Assembly (NCBI RefSeq): GCF_009834535.1
Contig: NC_045697.1
Span: 11,348,001-11,412,000, forward strand
Source of the DNA: Camelus ferus
Lineage: Eukaryota
Direction of reading: 5' to 3'
Length of the DNA stretch: 64,000 nucleotides
Shown: piece after piece, positions 49,814-63,115 of the stretch
Numbering within the stretch: the stretch's first letter is position 1
How the letters are laid out: the number at the start of each line of letters is the position of its first letter
Position numbers and translations under genes: made by a program
The notes under the pieces: model-generated
Database searches by the model: none
Told to the model about the DNA's origin: nothing
What the model saw: only the letters and a program-made list of their open reading frames with translations

Positions 49814-50439
49814 ACTGCTAATCGTGACTGGAAACATTCAGAAGTCTGGAGCTCAACCTACTACACTGTGAAAAACGTATACTACAGATACAAGCCTAGT
49901 TCATTATAGGTGTTCAATGAACACTAATCGAATAAATTAATAAATGAATATTAAGAAGGATATAAGCTATAAGAATATATACACTATATATGCAAACTCC
50001 AAGATAAACAGCCAAAATAAAAACACTCCAAGAAGCACATATATCCGTGAAAATGCATAACCATCTAACTAAGCTTGACGGTTTCTGAATTCTCTCTTTG
50101 GGATGTGTTTCTTATTCTTCATTTGTTTTGTTGTTTGCTAGTTCTCACTAGCCAATAAGTTAGTGAGCTAAAGGAAAATAACTAAAAATTAAGAAAATCT
50201 ATCCACTAACTTATTTCTTATCCTTTATGAATGAGAAAAGACTGTATTCATTCAATGTTGTAGGTTTAGTAATTAAACATTTACTTGAATTACTTACTGG
50301 TTGTTAAAATATCATTCAGACTATTGCTATTACTATAGAATTTCTAAATATGTCATTATAAAGTTTTGAAGCCTTAGAGGTGTTGAAAATACAATATAAA
50401 TAAGGCTTGCTGACTAAAGAAAATTGTGAGAAAATATTT

Positions 50440-51350
50440 ATAAAATGGATGAACTAGAAAGACAAGAAAATTTTAAGACACAAAGAGCTTCTATAAGTCA
50501 ATATGAAGAAAAAGATTTTTTTTCTAAAAAGCATGAAAATCATAAATGAAGAAATAAAAAAAGGCCTTGGCCATAAAAAGAATGCCCTTTCAGTATTAGT
50601 CAGCTAAACAGAAAATAAAACAAGATGTATTTTTTATCAAATCAGATTTTCAAAGATTGAAAATGGCCCCATATTGATAAAGGGGCATGGAAACACAATC
50701 TCACATGCCTGAGGGATTTGGCAATATGTATCATGTTGTTTAAATGTGCATACTGTTTGATCCAGTAGCTTTACTTCTAAGGAGTCGTCCAAAAGAATCA
50801 ATAAGGATTATGTGAAAGGTGCTTGGTAGTCACAGAGAAAAGAGTAATGAAACAGTAGCTAACACTTATTAAACTGTCTACCAGTCACTTTGATATCCAA
50901 TTTCCATTCATTAACTGTTTTACTTCCCCCAAAATCTGAGATAGATAACTGTTATTATCTCCATTTTACAGTTGAGAAAACTGTTTCTTAAAGAAGTTAA
51001 GAAATTTAACAAATTTCCTTGGAGACTATGAACGAAAACTCATTGTACCATTTTTTTATAACAGCAGAAACCTGGGCACAACCTAACAGATTAGGTGGTT
51101 AGTTTAATCAAAAAAAAAAAAAAAAAAAAAAAAAGAGATGTATTTACACAATGGGATGTCACTACTGAAAAGAATGAAGTAGATCTCTATATCTTGACAT
51201 GAAGCAATAACCATGATACATTATTGAGTGATAAAAGGATACAGATATTGTATATATATAATTGTTTAAATATACATAAGCATTTCAGTTATGTACTTCA
51301 AAATATTCACAGTAATTATCTCTAAGGGGAAAGGTTATGAAGTCTACTTT
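50440..51350 (+). mobile_element. Ancient L1 fragments with an embedded minus-strand MIR (~50850-51020) and poly(A) at 51111-51134
   Basis: atttggcaatatg...gtttgatccagtagc (L1) and ccattttacagttgagaaaactg (MIR). Confidence 0.6.
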
Positions 51351-51759
51351 ATGAAATGTATCTTATTTTAGTTTAAATAATTAACATGTGATACTTTGGA
51401 GATTGTCCTGGAAAACACTCCTCTCCTCCACTGAGTCCTACACCAGTTGTGAAATATGACAAAACAGTCATGAAAATAGGGCTGAAAATGACATCATCAT
51501 TACTACAGAGCTCATAGCAGATATCCTAGGCTTCCCCACCCCTTAACCTTGGTCTTTAAGGCTAAGATTACTGCATGGAAGGAGCTGAGACAAGAGTGCC
51601 TCCTTGTCTTTTCGTACTTACTGATCAGATTAAGTCACTTTTCCCCCGTCAGCTGGGCTAGAAAGAGCGAGGGAGCAGAGTGAGGTCAAGGTGGTATGGG
51701 GAGGTAAGGTCGGGTGGGGAAGAAGAGTTCCCCCTACCCACAATTACTTACTTAAGAGC

Positions 51760-52275
51760 TTTGGGGGGCAGAATAAGTGTCTCCAAGTGTATCCAAATCT
51801 TAATTCCTGGAACCTGTGAATATTACCTTATACGGCAAAAAGGACTTCTCAGATATGATTAAGTAATGGATCTTCAGACGGGGAGATTGTTTTGGAATAT
51901 CCTAAATGTGCTCTAAATGTAATCACAAGTGTCTTTGTAAGAGGGAGGCAGAGGGAGATTTGATTCAGAAGAGAAAAAATACTGGAAACAGCGGGAAAGG
52001 AGTGAGAGTTCAGGATGCTGTGCTGCTGGCTTTAAGGACAGGGGAAGAGGCCAGGGACCAAGGAATGCAGTGGCCACTAGAAGCTGGAAAAGATGAGGAA
52101 ACGGATGCTCCCCACAGAGCCTTTAGAAGGAACCAGCCCTGCCGACATCTTGACTTTTGCCCAGTGAAATAAATTTCAGAATTCTGAATTCCCAAACTTA
52201 AGGCAATAAATTTGTGTTGCTTTAAGTCACTAAGTTTGTGTTAATCTGTTACAGCAGCAACAGGAATCTAATACA
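51760..52275 (+). mobile_element. MaLR solo LTR (MLT1D-like)
   Basis: cctggaacctgtgaatattaccttatacggcaaaa...gagggaggcagagggag...gttacagcagcaacaggaatctaataca. Confidence 0.87.
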
Positions 52276-53185
52276 TGTTCCTGAAGAATTCAGTAGCTAT
52301 GTTTGCATGTTTACAAAGAGTACTCAGAGGGTTCTGTTAACTGTAATTTAGCAGAAAGTAACCCACATCCCTTCTCTCTCTTACAAATATGCCTTGTGCT
52401 AAACTCTGCTTGAAGCAGTGATCAACTGCTGTCTCCAATACAATTAGATCTTATTTACCTGACAGAGTGGAAAATGGGAAAAGTTTACCAGTGAATTGTC
52501 CAGATATGGAAATTTCCTTTTAAAGTTCCCAAAGTTGAACATTGCAATGTTCTGCTCTAAGTTTTCCTTGAAAGAATCATATATTCCCAGTCTTCTTCAG
52601 TACACCACCCTGGACAGATTTGAGTCTTCATTTTGTTTGTAACTGTGGGTCATAGATGGGATTGTATAAACTAGGATCTATGTGCTGAAATGTCCTTAAG
52701 GCATTGAGATGTAATACAGGGCTCTTAAGTTCTGTTTCAGAATCCCCCAGAACTTCTACGGTGTCTGAATTCTTTGGCCAGAGAATTACAAATGTTGCCT
52801 TCTCCCTGGCTCTCGAGATGTCTGGTATACCTCCATATTGCAGCTTCTGTCCTACTTTTAGCTAGCTCTAGCTTTTCTGGGTTGCTATTTCTAATGTGCG
52901 ACTAAATAGGAAATCAGAAAACTAAGCTTGCAACAATATTTTCCGAAATAAATAGGAGCTCAGCTTTCTAAGATCCTATCTTGTGAGTAAAAGTGCAGTA
53001 GTGCACTGTCTGAATTGATCTATGTGTTGTTTCTGCAAAAGTCCAGTGGGCTGATTGCCGGTATCTGAAATGATCCATTTGCCAGGCTATGAGCTCTCTG
53101 AAGGCAAGAGTTGTATCTTAAAGTAGTAATTATTTAATGTGCACCTAGTATGTATTAGGCAGTGTAAAATGTTTAGAAATCTAAT

Positions 53186-53237
53186 TGTACGCGTGCACAC
53201 ACACACACACACACACACATACACCCGACACACACAC
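53186..53237. repeat. (CA)n microsatellite inside a MIR fragment
   Basis: Directly visible. Confidence 0.9.
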
Positions 53238-54967
53238 GGTAGGTAGTTATTCTATTTCTCATCTTACAGAAATGGAAACTGAGACCAAGAGCTGGAGTGA
53301 CGTGTCCAGAACTGATAAGGAACTGACCTTGTTGTAGGCACTAGACCACCTTGTATTCTCCGTGGATGATACAGCTCATGGCACATAGTAGGTGCTCAAT
53401 AAATGGTGTTGAGATGAACGTGCCTCACTGCTCCCGGTCTTCGCAGAGCGCAGCGCACACAGAGCTCATTCAGGAGAGTGCACGGCACACAATATCCAAC
53501 TCAAATGTTTGCGAAGTGAAAAACTTGAATCATGCTTGTCACTGCATGCATCTCCCTCAAACGGTGCAGTAAAAGGGCAGCGCGTTCACCGCGGATCCCC
53601 AGGAACAGAAACCACTAACAAATGTATCTTGTTAGTCTGCTGTCAGGAGCAAGATTTTTATCAGGAATGTTGTATTTCTGAAGACACCAGAATGATTTCC
53701 TCCTAATAAATTTCCATCTTATTCAGAGAAGCTAAGATTCTGCCAGGAGCTCAGAGCCTCCTGGGGGTTCGGCTCGGCAGCTTTGTACTGCGGGATTAGA
53801 TGTGAGCGCACGGCTCGGACAGGCAGGCATGAACCCAGCCGTCGGGGCTCCGGGGGGCATTTAAAACAACCGCTCAGAAGCACACACGCGTAGGGCTGGG
53901 TTTCCAACACTCTTTCGAAGAGACCTGAAATGTGGTGGTAATGGGCTTCCCTCCCTTCCAGTAGAGGAGGAACTGGGTGTATCTGCCTGTCTATTCTGGC
54001 AGAAAGGAAAGAGAATATTTTCCTATATTCATTTCAGATTTGATTCACGAAAGTTTGAAACATGGTTAATGCTGCATTTTTTTTTTAATTTTTCCATTTT
54101 GAGGTGTTTTTTTTTCAGTTCTCCACTTTCAATACCACTTCCTTCAAATGTGTCATGAAAACACACCCAAGAAGGGAAATTCTGAAGACCCTAATGGATT
54201 AATTCTTGCAGAGAGCAGATGATAGGTTTAATCGTTCAAATGTGGATGGCATTTCTTCAAAGAGACAGGCTTAGTCCCTCCCTTTCCCCCTCTGTTTTCA
54301 GCCTCTCCCCAGTTCTTTAATAAACAGGAGTTGCGTCTTAGATTCCTTTTCCTCTTTTTATGGATCCCAAACTATATTTAAACACTAAATTCTTTTCTCT
54401 GTTCCCCAGGGATCATCAAGCAGCCTCCTCTGAACAACAAGGAAGGCAATGAAGAGAAATGGTGTGGAATTACGGTTTTTTTCTTTCAAAAATACCACTC
54501 CAGCCTGTACACTTACTCTGTTTGTGATTCAGAGGGGCTTGGCACCTCCCTCCCCGCCAGGACTCCCCTGGGAAAAAGGATGAATGGCCATCTCAGTGTT
54601 GCATAAAAATTAGTATCAGGTCACAAATTATTGGAGCCTATTAGGGGTTCTTTTAAGTAAATTAAGGTTATATATCACAGTCTTCCAAGAGGTGTGGGTG
54701 CTTCAAATCCTCCAAATTAAAAGAACCTTGGAGATTTCCTGAAATCGAATAGTAAATATGATTAGAAGACAGGGCTGATTGTTACAAACATAGCTTCCCT
54801 TTGTGACAGCCCTGCTTTAAAAAAAAATATTAGAAATGAGATGATGGATCTTACAAATGAAGGAATTTCAGCAAAGAAAAGGGATCATATAGTTAGAAAA
54901 TCATACATCAAGAACACATCACCAATTCTCTAATCCATCAGATCACCAGGAAATTTAGGAGAATATG

Positions 54968-54970
<3 letters not shown>

Positions 54971-55001
<31 letters not shown>
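54971..55001. repeat. (GT)n microsatellite
   Basis: Directly visible. Confidence 0.95.
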
Positions 55002-55002
<1 letters not shown>

Positions 55003-56121
55003 ATTTGTATGTGTGCACAGGTGTGTTGTTTGTGTGGGCGTGGATGCTTCAAGCCACCCAAAAGCAGTTAATATTGCCTCCAGCCAGACCCATCCGTATT
55101 ACTGTTTCTATGTTTATTTCTTCACTAGTCAGGTTTAAGCCAAATTTTACTGTGTTTTCTCTATCTTTCAAGTAGCAAGTTGGTATTAAACTCCAGCGTT
55201 CACAAACTATCGAGGAAGCTATACATTACTGCCCAGCACGATGACTACAATTCTTACATTTTATCTTGATTTCAGAAAAATTAGCCACGTTTAGTCATGT
55301 TTTCTCAGGGCCAGTGCCTACTTCATGGATGTTCTCACAACCCTCCGCAATGATTCCTTTCCAGAATCATTTGGACTCCGTTCCCTTGGACTTACGTTCC
55401 CAACCCTGCCCCTCCCCATTCTTCTGTTGAAAGGGTCATCGCAGAACAGGACCTTCTGCTTACAGTTTGAGCTTCACTTACAAGGAAGATTGTCCCTATG
55501 GCTGCTCACCCCTCCTACCACATCACCATTCCAGAGGCCCATCCGTCACCTGCTGCCCCAGTTCTCCCTGGATGATGTCGGGGGAAGAGCCCTGCACTGG
55601 GAGGAAAGAGCCCTGCGTCCCGCATCCAGTTCTGCCACCAACACTAGCAGCTGTGAACAGTGCTTGGTCCTCAAGTGACTCAGCTCATTTCATTCCTAGG
55701 ATGCTTGATGAAGAGGGTACTGGTTCAAACCCATTTCCGACCCGGAAACTGAGGCTCAGAGAAGTTAAATACTTTGCCCAGGGGAGTAGCTGGGACTTGA
55801 ATCCAGGCATCGAGACCAATGTTGCTGGCTTGGAAAGGACCACCCACCAGCCCAGCGACTGTCTGTGAAATGAGACAGACGTTTGACCATTTAACCTCAC
55901 TTCTACATTTCCTTCCAGCTCAAATAGTTTATGAAAGTTTCTGTTTCTCTAGTTTTAAGTCAAATTTTAAAGAGGAAGCCGAAGACCTTGTTACGCTTTG
56001 AGGAAAGCAGCGCCACACTGAGGGTCTGCAGTAGGGTTCTCAGAGGTTTTATACACATATTCTCAAGCACAAGAAGTTAACACAAATCCCAAGCAAAATG
56101 CAGAATTAAAAAGAATACCTA

Positions 56122-56283
56122 GGGGGAGAGTATAGCTCCGTGGTTAGAGCACATGCTTAGCACCCATGAGGTCCTGGGTTCAATCCCCAGTACCTCCATT
56201 AAAATAACTAACTAAATAAATAAACCTAATTACCTCCCCCCACCAAAAAAAAAAAACAAAAAAAAACCAGAAAAACAAAAAAA
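56122..56283 (+). mobile_element. tRNA-derived camelid SINE (Vic-1-like), full length
   Basis: A-box-like tagctccgtgg (56133-56143), B-box ggttcaatccc (56177-56187), A-rich tail, and degenerate TSD aaaaagaataccta / aaaaaggatgccca. Confidence 0.9.
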
Positions 56284-56917
56284 GGATGCCCAACACCGGC
56301 TTGAAAATATTGAAGGTGAGATTACAGATGGTTTTCTTCTTAATTTCTGCCTGTGAATTTCCATATACCATATTTGTAAAATCTAACTCTTTCTACCTGT
56401 CTTCCTTTACAGACTCGTGTGTAGCATTTGTTCATTTGCTAAAAAAAAATTTTTTTTTAACACTTAGAAAAATAAAATTCCAGAAAGACATATAGCAAAT
56501 TACTGACATTTTCTTTGGGAGGCCAGAAGCTCGAAACTCTTTTTGTTTGTTTTTTTTGTTGTTGTTGCATCTGATTTTCCCATGAATTTGTATGACTTTT
56601 CTTAAAAGAAGCATAAAGAACAATAAATTAAAAAAAAATTAAAACCAAGCCAACAAAAAAGCTTTTTTTGCCTTCTTCCAAAATTCCTGTCATTTCAAAT
56701 TGAGGAAGGAAACGCATGATGCAGAGTGGGGAATGGGGAAGAGATTTCCCTGAGATTTAATCTAAATCACACAAATTCCTAATGCATCTAATTGAGCAGT
56801 ATTATGATGGGGAGAGAAAGCCTTGCAGAGATTTCTTTTCTCCCCAGGATTTTTCTCCAGGGCAGCTGATGGTCTGAGAATGAGATTATAGAGTCTACCT
56901 TCTTTTAATTATACCCC

Positions 56918-57227
56918 ACAGCTTCACAATTCTTTGTTTGGAATTCTGAAATCCAAAGTACTCTGAAATTTGAAAACTTTCTTCAAAACTTATTTGGCTG
57001 CATATCTAACCATTCCTGATGGTCTTTATTGCACTTAGTGTGGTCATTAGTATATTTTCCTGCAGAAATAGGAAGGTCAGGGTATTGGGTAACTCCCCAT
57101 CACGTCTGCTCTAGGTGTCATGTAATATACCCAATGTGTACACTGAGTGATCTTCTAAAATTTCTGTGATTCTGAATTCTAGACTACTCTGATCTTCAAG
57201 TCCTGGCTGAGGGCTTAGAGACCCATA
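56918..57227. mobile_element. Probable ancient Tigger-like DNA transposon fragment
   Basis: ttctgaaatccaaagtactctgaaa...ttctgaattctaga pattern recalled from old TcMar elements; family uncertain. Confidence 0.4.
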
Positions 57228-58050
57228 CCCAACTCAAAAATTCAATGCTATTTAAATCTTACAAGGGGACATAGCTCCATTGTGTACCTGCAATTCCCTC
57301 TTTTGATTTCCCAGCTAAGGTTATCTATCTCTCATGACATGCATCTTACTTGACTTGTCGAAGGAAAGTGATGTACAATCTTGGGAGGTTGGAACTAGGG
57401 AGAGAACCTTTGTGAATAAAGTATCATTTTAAGACAAGTGAAAAATAATCATCAAATGAACGAACCACTTTTTTTCTATCTTTGCACAGGAAATAGCCCT
57501 GCATTTCAAATCAGAACTGCCCTCGCATGTTCTTATTTTAAATACGCTTTTCTTTGATTGGTAATATTGCACAAGGAGACGATTCAAATAGAGGATGACA
57601 GAATCGGGCATATTTTTATAGATAGGTGCTCTAACCTTCATAAACATTCCAGGTGATTACATCCACTAAGATGCCAGAACACATATCAAGAAGAGAAATC
57701 ACTTTAGCCTCCTAACTTGGGTAAATGAGTCTCTTTGATCAAATATTTATTTTTTCACCTTGCAACACAAATAATGCAGGAGAAGAAAGATGTTTCTGAG
57801 GTGGCATCAGTACAGGACACGCTGTTCAAGGAGAAGTAGGCATTCACCTCGTGGTTGAAAACTTTAATGAAATTGAGCTACCAAATTCTTGGGCATTTCA
57901 TCCTTTCAGATTACAAACCCATCAAAATAATATTTGGTCCCAGGCACAGATCCAGCCAGGACTGGCTTCCTGCTGTCGGTGAGTCAGTCTTGATTTCTTC
58001 TTGTGGTGAGCAGAGATCTAGTTTAAATTATTAAAATCAGCCAAGGCGAC

Positions 58051-58420
58051 CCTTATGGGCTGAATGTCTATGCCTCCCTCAAATTTTCACACTTTGAAAT
58101 CCTAACCCTCACTGTGATGCTATTTGGAGGCTGAGCCTCTGGGGGGTAAATAGGTTTAGATGAGGTAATGAAGGTGGGGCTCCCATCATTGAATTAGTGC
58201 CCTTATAAGAAGAGGAAGAGAGACCAGAGCCCTCTCCTTCCATCATGTGAGGACACAGCAAAAAGGTGGCCTTTGGCAAGAGGCCTCTCACTAGGAACCA
58301 AGTCAGCTGGTCCCTTGATCTTGGACTTTCCAGGCTCCGGAACTATGAGAAAGGAACATCTACTGTTTAAGCCACCCAGGCCATGGCATTTTGTGGAAAA
58401 AGTCCAGGGTGACTGAGACA
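58051..58420 (+). mobile_element. MaLR solo LTR (MLT1A-like)
   Basis: tatgggctgaatgtc...gaaatcctaaccc...ttagtgcccttataagaagag...gactgagaca. Confidence 0.87.
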
Positions 58421-59414
58421 GGGTCTCCACCTTCAGAAAAGGATTCATACACAGACCTTTCATTGGGCAAAATCTGGTAATATGATTTCTTGAGAGTCAA
58501 CTGCTTTGGTTTTTTGTTTGATACTTCATACCAAACTCTGAAAATCTAAAAACTGGAAAACAAGCAAAAGACTGAAAATTACCTCTAAGCTCCACCAACA
58601 GGTCTCCAGATTGGTTAGTTTTCTTTTGATTTAGAACCTGTGAGCCCTGAACTTGGTTTAAATGCAGAGTCTCAGTGCATAGCTCAAGTGCCACTGTGCA
58701 GGAGCGGAATCATGGGGAGGAAAGAATTCAAGGGACAGGAGAAGGCAACTGAGACACCTTCGGAGAAAGAGTTTCTAAGAAGAGAAGGTAAGAGCAAGGC
58801 CATAGGAATCATAAGGGTCCAGGATGAATGCTGGCTCAGGGACCTGAAGGCTGTGTGTCCTGGAGCTGGTTATTCATGCCCTCCGAACTGTTTTCTCACG
58901 TTTGAAATGAAACCATTCATTGCCTGTTGATGTGAGGATTACACAGGATCATGTACGTAACAAGTTGAGCAACGTGCCAGGCATGGAAGTAAGAACTCAG
59001 TAAATTGTAGTTTTAATATTTCCCCCTAATATCCCAATCTTACCAACCCCCACCCCTTACCTGCACCTCCTGCCTTCCACATTCAAGATTAAAGAAATGA
59101 CAAATCTGAGTCTCAGGCTTACATTTGTGGGTGAGCAGCGCTATCTTCCCACAATTCTCACAGAAAGCCTCACAATTAAAAACTAAAATAAAACGTTCAC
59201 ACTTCAGATTTTATTTTAACCAACCCACAAAATTTTTTATCCATCTCTGCCTTTCAGAAACCCTGCAGCTGATGGCAGGAAAGTCAGACGAGCCACCTTT
59301 AGATGTCTCAGGTTCTTGAATTTTCTGCTGCTGATTAAAATTCTATCTCACCCATCACCTGATCCCACAGGTCCCTGACTGCAAAGCCTGCAGAGCCAAG
59401 CCTGCTCTGGTTTT

Positions 59415-59690
59415 ATTCATTTATTCATCAAACATTTATTGAGCATCTTCTATATGCCAGGCACCTTGCTAGGCTCTGCACCAGCCGTGAATAAGGCAAC
59501 ATTTCCATTCCCAGAGAACTCACAGCATGGACGAGAGTCAGACATATTAAAAAAAAATTACAATACAATGCAGAAGATGCAATGATAGAAGTTCGTCAGG
59601 AAGCAGAGGGGAGAGGGCTACAGAGGATGGAAATCAAGAGGATGGGGGAGCAGCAATAAGAAAGCTTCAGGACAGAACTGATGGCGTGGC
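59415..59690 (-). mobile_element. L2 fragment
   Basis: attcatttattcatcaaacatttattgagcatcttctatatgccaggcac. Confidence 0.8.
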
Positions 59691-59859
59691 TCAGAGAGGC
59701 ATGACTTGCCGAAAGTCTCTCCTCTCAGTCAAGGAGACTCCCGAGAATGCCACCTGTTTTCTCTCTCCCTTATTAATATGAATAACCACCTCTCCCCCAT
59801 TTTTCCTTCACTGCCATATCTCTAGCACTTAGAACAGTGCCTGGCACATAGTAGATGCT

Positions 59860-60235
59860 TGTTATGGCTGAACTGTGTCTCCCCCAACCTTGCCCCAAAC
59901 TCACACGTTGAAGTTCTAATCCCCTAGTATCTCAGAAGGTGACTGTATTTGGAGATAGAATTTTAAAAGAGGTAATTAAGGAAAAATAATCTCATCAAGA
60001 CAGATCTTAAAACAGTCTGACTGGTGTTCTCAAAAGAAGAGGAGATTAGGACACAGACACGCACAGGGGGAGACCACGTGAAGACACAGGGAGAAGAAAG
60101 CCTAGGAGAGAGACTTCAGAAGGAAGCCGCCCTCCCAACACTTTGAACTTGGACTTCTAGCCTCCAGAACTGGGAGGAAATACATTTCTGTTGTCCTGTG
60201 GTACTTTGTCATGGCAGCCCTAGCAAACTCAGTCT
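59860..60235 (+). mobile_element. MaLR solo LTR (MLT1A/B-like) inserted in an L2 3' end
   Basis: tgttatggctgaactgtgtc...ggcagccctagcaaact; flanks atgct/ctgct; L2 end gtgcctggcacatagtagatgct continues as cagctgtgtttgttgag. Confidence 0.85.
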
Positions 60236-60584
60236 CTGCTCAGCTGTGTTTGTTGAGTAAATCAGTGAATAATGTTTGCATTATTGTAACTGAGATATAT
60301 CTAGATAGATGAGAGAGACAGAGAAGCAGACAGACAGAGATGAGTGGGTATAGATATGCATCCTTATCCCACACCCACCGTGGAGTCCTGGCAGGCTGCT
60401 CGCTTATTAAGTGGCACGCAGGCAGTGCTCAATAAATATATGTGAATTTGTTGATTCACATTAACTCATTTCCAAGGGTCAGATGGGATACTTGGCTTCT
60501 TTTAAAAGGTGAAAAAGTTTCGTCTGATTTTAACTCCGTGATTTGATTGCAGGTGACCAAAAAAAGGAAAATAGGAGGGGATGG

Positions 60585-60740
60585 AAACTCACATTTACTA
60601 ATCAGCCCCCTGTGCCACTTTCTGAAAATTATTTAATTTCATCCTCACGACAATCTGTAAGACAGGTATGAAAAGCCACATTTCCCAGGTGGTGAAACTG
60701 AGGCTCAGAGAGTTTTAGTGACTTCTTTGATGTCCCAAAT
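60585..60740 (-). mobile_element. MIR SINE
   Basis: tcatcctcacgacaatctgtaag...gaaactgaggctcagagag. Confidence 0.75.
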
Positions 60741-60913
60741 CATGTCCAGAGTTGCATGTCTACAAAATCAGTATTTATACAGCACTTTCCTCTTCATATA
60801 CTTTAGGTCTATCTCACTGGCCCCTCTCTCAGTTCTGTGATTCAGAAAACCTAAGTGCCTTGCTCAGTGTAAAGTACTCTTGCTTTTTTTAACTTAAAAA
60901 AAATCAATTTTGT

Positions 60914-61711
60914 GGCCATCATCAAAAAGTCTACATTAATAAATACTGGAGAGGCTGTGGAGAAAAGGGAACCCTCTTGCACTGTTGGTGGGAATGTAAA
61001 TGGTGCAGCCACTATGGAGGACAACATGGAGGTTCCATAAAAAACTAAAAATAGACGTACCATGTGATCCAGCAATCCCACTCCTGGGCATATATCCAAA
61101 GGAAACTCTATTTCAAAAGGATACATGCACCCCAATGTTCATAGCAGCACTATTCACAATAGCCAAGCCATGGAAGCAACATAAGTGTCCATCAACAGAC
61201 GACTGGATAAAGAAGATGTGAGGGGTGTGTGTATATATATACACATACATAATGGGCTATTACTCAGCCATAAAAAGAATGAAATAATGCCACTTGCAGC
61301 AACATGGATGGACCTAGAGATTATTATACTACGTGAACTAAGTCAGACAGAGAAAGACAAATATCATATGACATCACTCATATGTGGAATCCAAAACAGT
61401 GATACAAATGAACTTGTCTGCAAAACAGAAACAGACCCATAAACATAGAAAACAAATTTATGGTTGCCAAAGGGGGAAGGGGAGTGGAGAGATAAGTTAG
61501 GAGTTTGGGATTAACAGGTATTACTATATATAAAATAGATAAACAACAAGGACTTACTGATTAGCACAGGGAACTATATTCAGTATCTTTTAATAAACTA
61601 CAATGGAAAAGAATCTAAAAAAGAATATACGTGTGTGTGTGTGTATAACCAAATCGCTTTGCTGTACACCTGAAACTAACATAGTCTTAAATCAACTATA
61701 CTTCAATAAAC
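60914..61711 (+). mobile_element. 5'-truncated L1 (ORF2 C-terminus and 3' UTR), the best-preserved L1 in the window
   Basis: ORF fragments VQPLW...[12 protein letters not shown]...TCTPMFIAALFTIAK and MPLAATWMDLE; AATAAA at the end; TSD aaatcaattttgt (60901-60913) / aaatcaattccgt (61712-61724). Confidence 0.93.
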
Positions 61712-62019
61712 AAATCAATTCCGTTATAAAAATGGAAACCAAGTGTAGAAGCATGTAGCTCATGAGACATACTATGCACAGACAGAGTAAGTAGAATATA
61801 TGTGTATTAAATGCAACTAAAATGAATGGAACAAATGGTGGAATGACCGTCAGTGGGGAAAGGGAGAAAATATGAAAACTGATTAACCCAGAATCTGGGG
61901 AAGTGGCCCTTCTACCTCCACGTGCATGCACCCTGTCCTAAGTGTGCTAACCTATACCATCTCTTTTCCATTGCATCTCACTGAATTTTTTAATTTGATC
62001 AAATACATGAATTCAAGCA

Positions 62020-62429
62020 CAGGTTTCCCTCGCTATCTGAAAGCAGAGCGTTCCTGTGAGAACTTTCCTAAGCTGAAAGAAGAAATTACCTTAGGACACA
62101 CCTTGCTAGTGGATGCACAAAATACATCGCGACGGAGCACAGGCGCTCACAGACACAATTCAAAGCCATGGCGGATTGATGCTGAGACGCCGAGCGCAGT
62201 TCCGGGGGAAGGAGCTTGGCGGTGCCACCCTCGCTGCTTGGGGGTGTGCACTGCCTCTGTAACGGCTCCCTGCAAAACAGACTCTGAACCCTATTTTTGC
62301 TTCTTGCCTTTTATGGAAAAAGTGAAATCCTCTTTGGATTCCTTTCGGTTAGCGAAAACAGACGCTAACGCAGGTCTTTCATAAAAGCCAAGTGGCATAA
62401 AGCAGACTTCAGAAAATCAAGGGCTACCT
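62020..62429. mobile_element. Non-autonomous TcMar-Tigger DNA transposon (MER82-like)
   Basis: Imperfect TIRs caggtttccct...tctgaaag / ttcagaaaatcaagggctacct; internal ttcggttagcgaaaacag. Confidence 0.65.
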
Positions 62430-63004
62430 TACCTTAATTTGGTCTCTTAGCCTCCTCGTTCTGTGACCTCTGGGACAGCCTACCTGGCATTGTCCTTGAG
62501 GCCACCGTGGCATCAAGCTCATTTCCTACACAGCACCTGCCAATGTATCCAGCTCACTCTGCATTCCCTATCATCACTGCCCCAGGCCCTAACCCTGTGG
62601 GTGCCTACTGGAAAAGGATAACTTTCTGAAAGAGGATATTCCCCCCTAAAAATAACTCCTGCTGGAATTTTTGGTTCTATACAATGTCTGATTTCGGATC
62701 TTCATTTACATCAAAGATACATAAACTTGAGTCACCATTTAAGCCTACAAGCACAGCATGAACTACTTAAAAAAGCTGTCAGAATGATGTGGGTCCCTGC
62801 TCCACCCGCACAGCTCCAGACCCCTGCACTGGGATCAGCAGCTGCCCGGGAAGCCTCAGGTACCACATCTGAGAACTGGGGATGATTTTGTTACCTCTGG
62901 CTTTCCTGCCTGGGGGCAGGCAGGGAAGAAACAAAATACAGCTAAGCTCCTCTACTCCATTAACCCTGCGCCTGCTGCTGCAGCAGTCTGGGAAGGCAAA
63001 CACT

Positions 63005-63115
63005 TGAGTTATCCTCATTTTACAGAAAAACTGAGTCTCTGGGAGGTGAAATGGCTTGCCCAAGGTCACACAGCAGGATCTGGGGAGAGCTGGCATTTGA
63101 ACCCCGGACAACGGG
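63005..63115 (-). mobile_element. MIR SINE
   Basis: cattttacagaaaaactgagtctctgggaggtgaaatggcttgcccaaggtcacacagc. Confidence 0.8.

Noticed and set aside
50154..50215. 12-bp inverted repeat aataagttagtg/cactaacttatt
   Set aside because: Short, AT-rich, no TSD or family resemblance; plausible by chance.
56122..56195. tRNA-like sequence with A and B boxes
   Set aside because: Head of a SINE with tail, TSD and three other copies in the window; not a tRNA gene.
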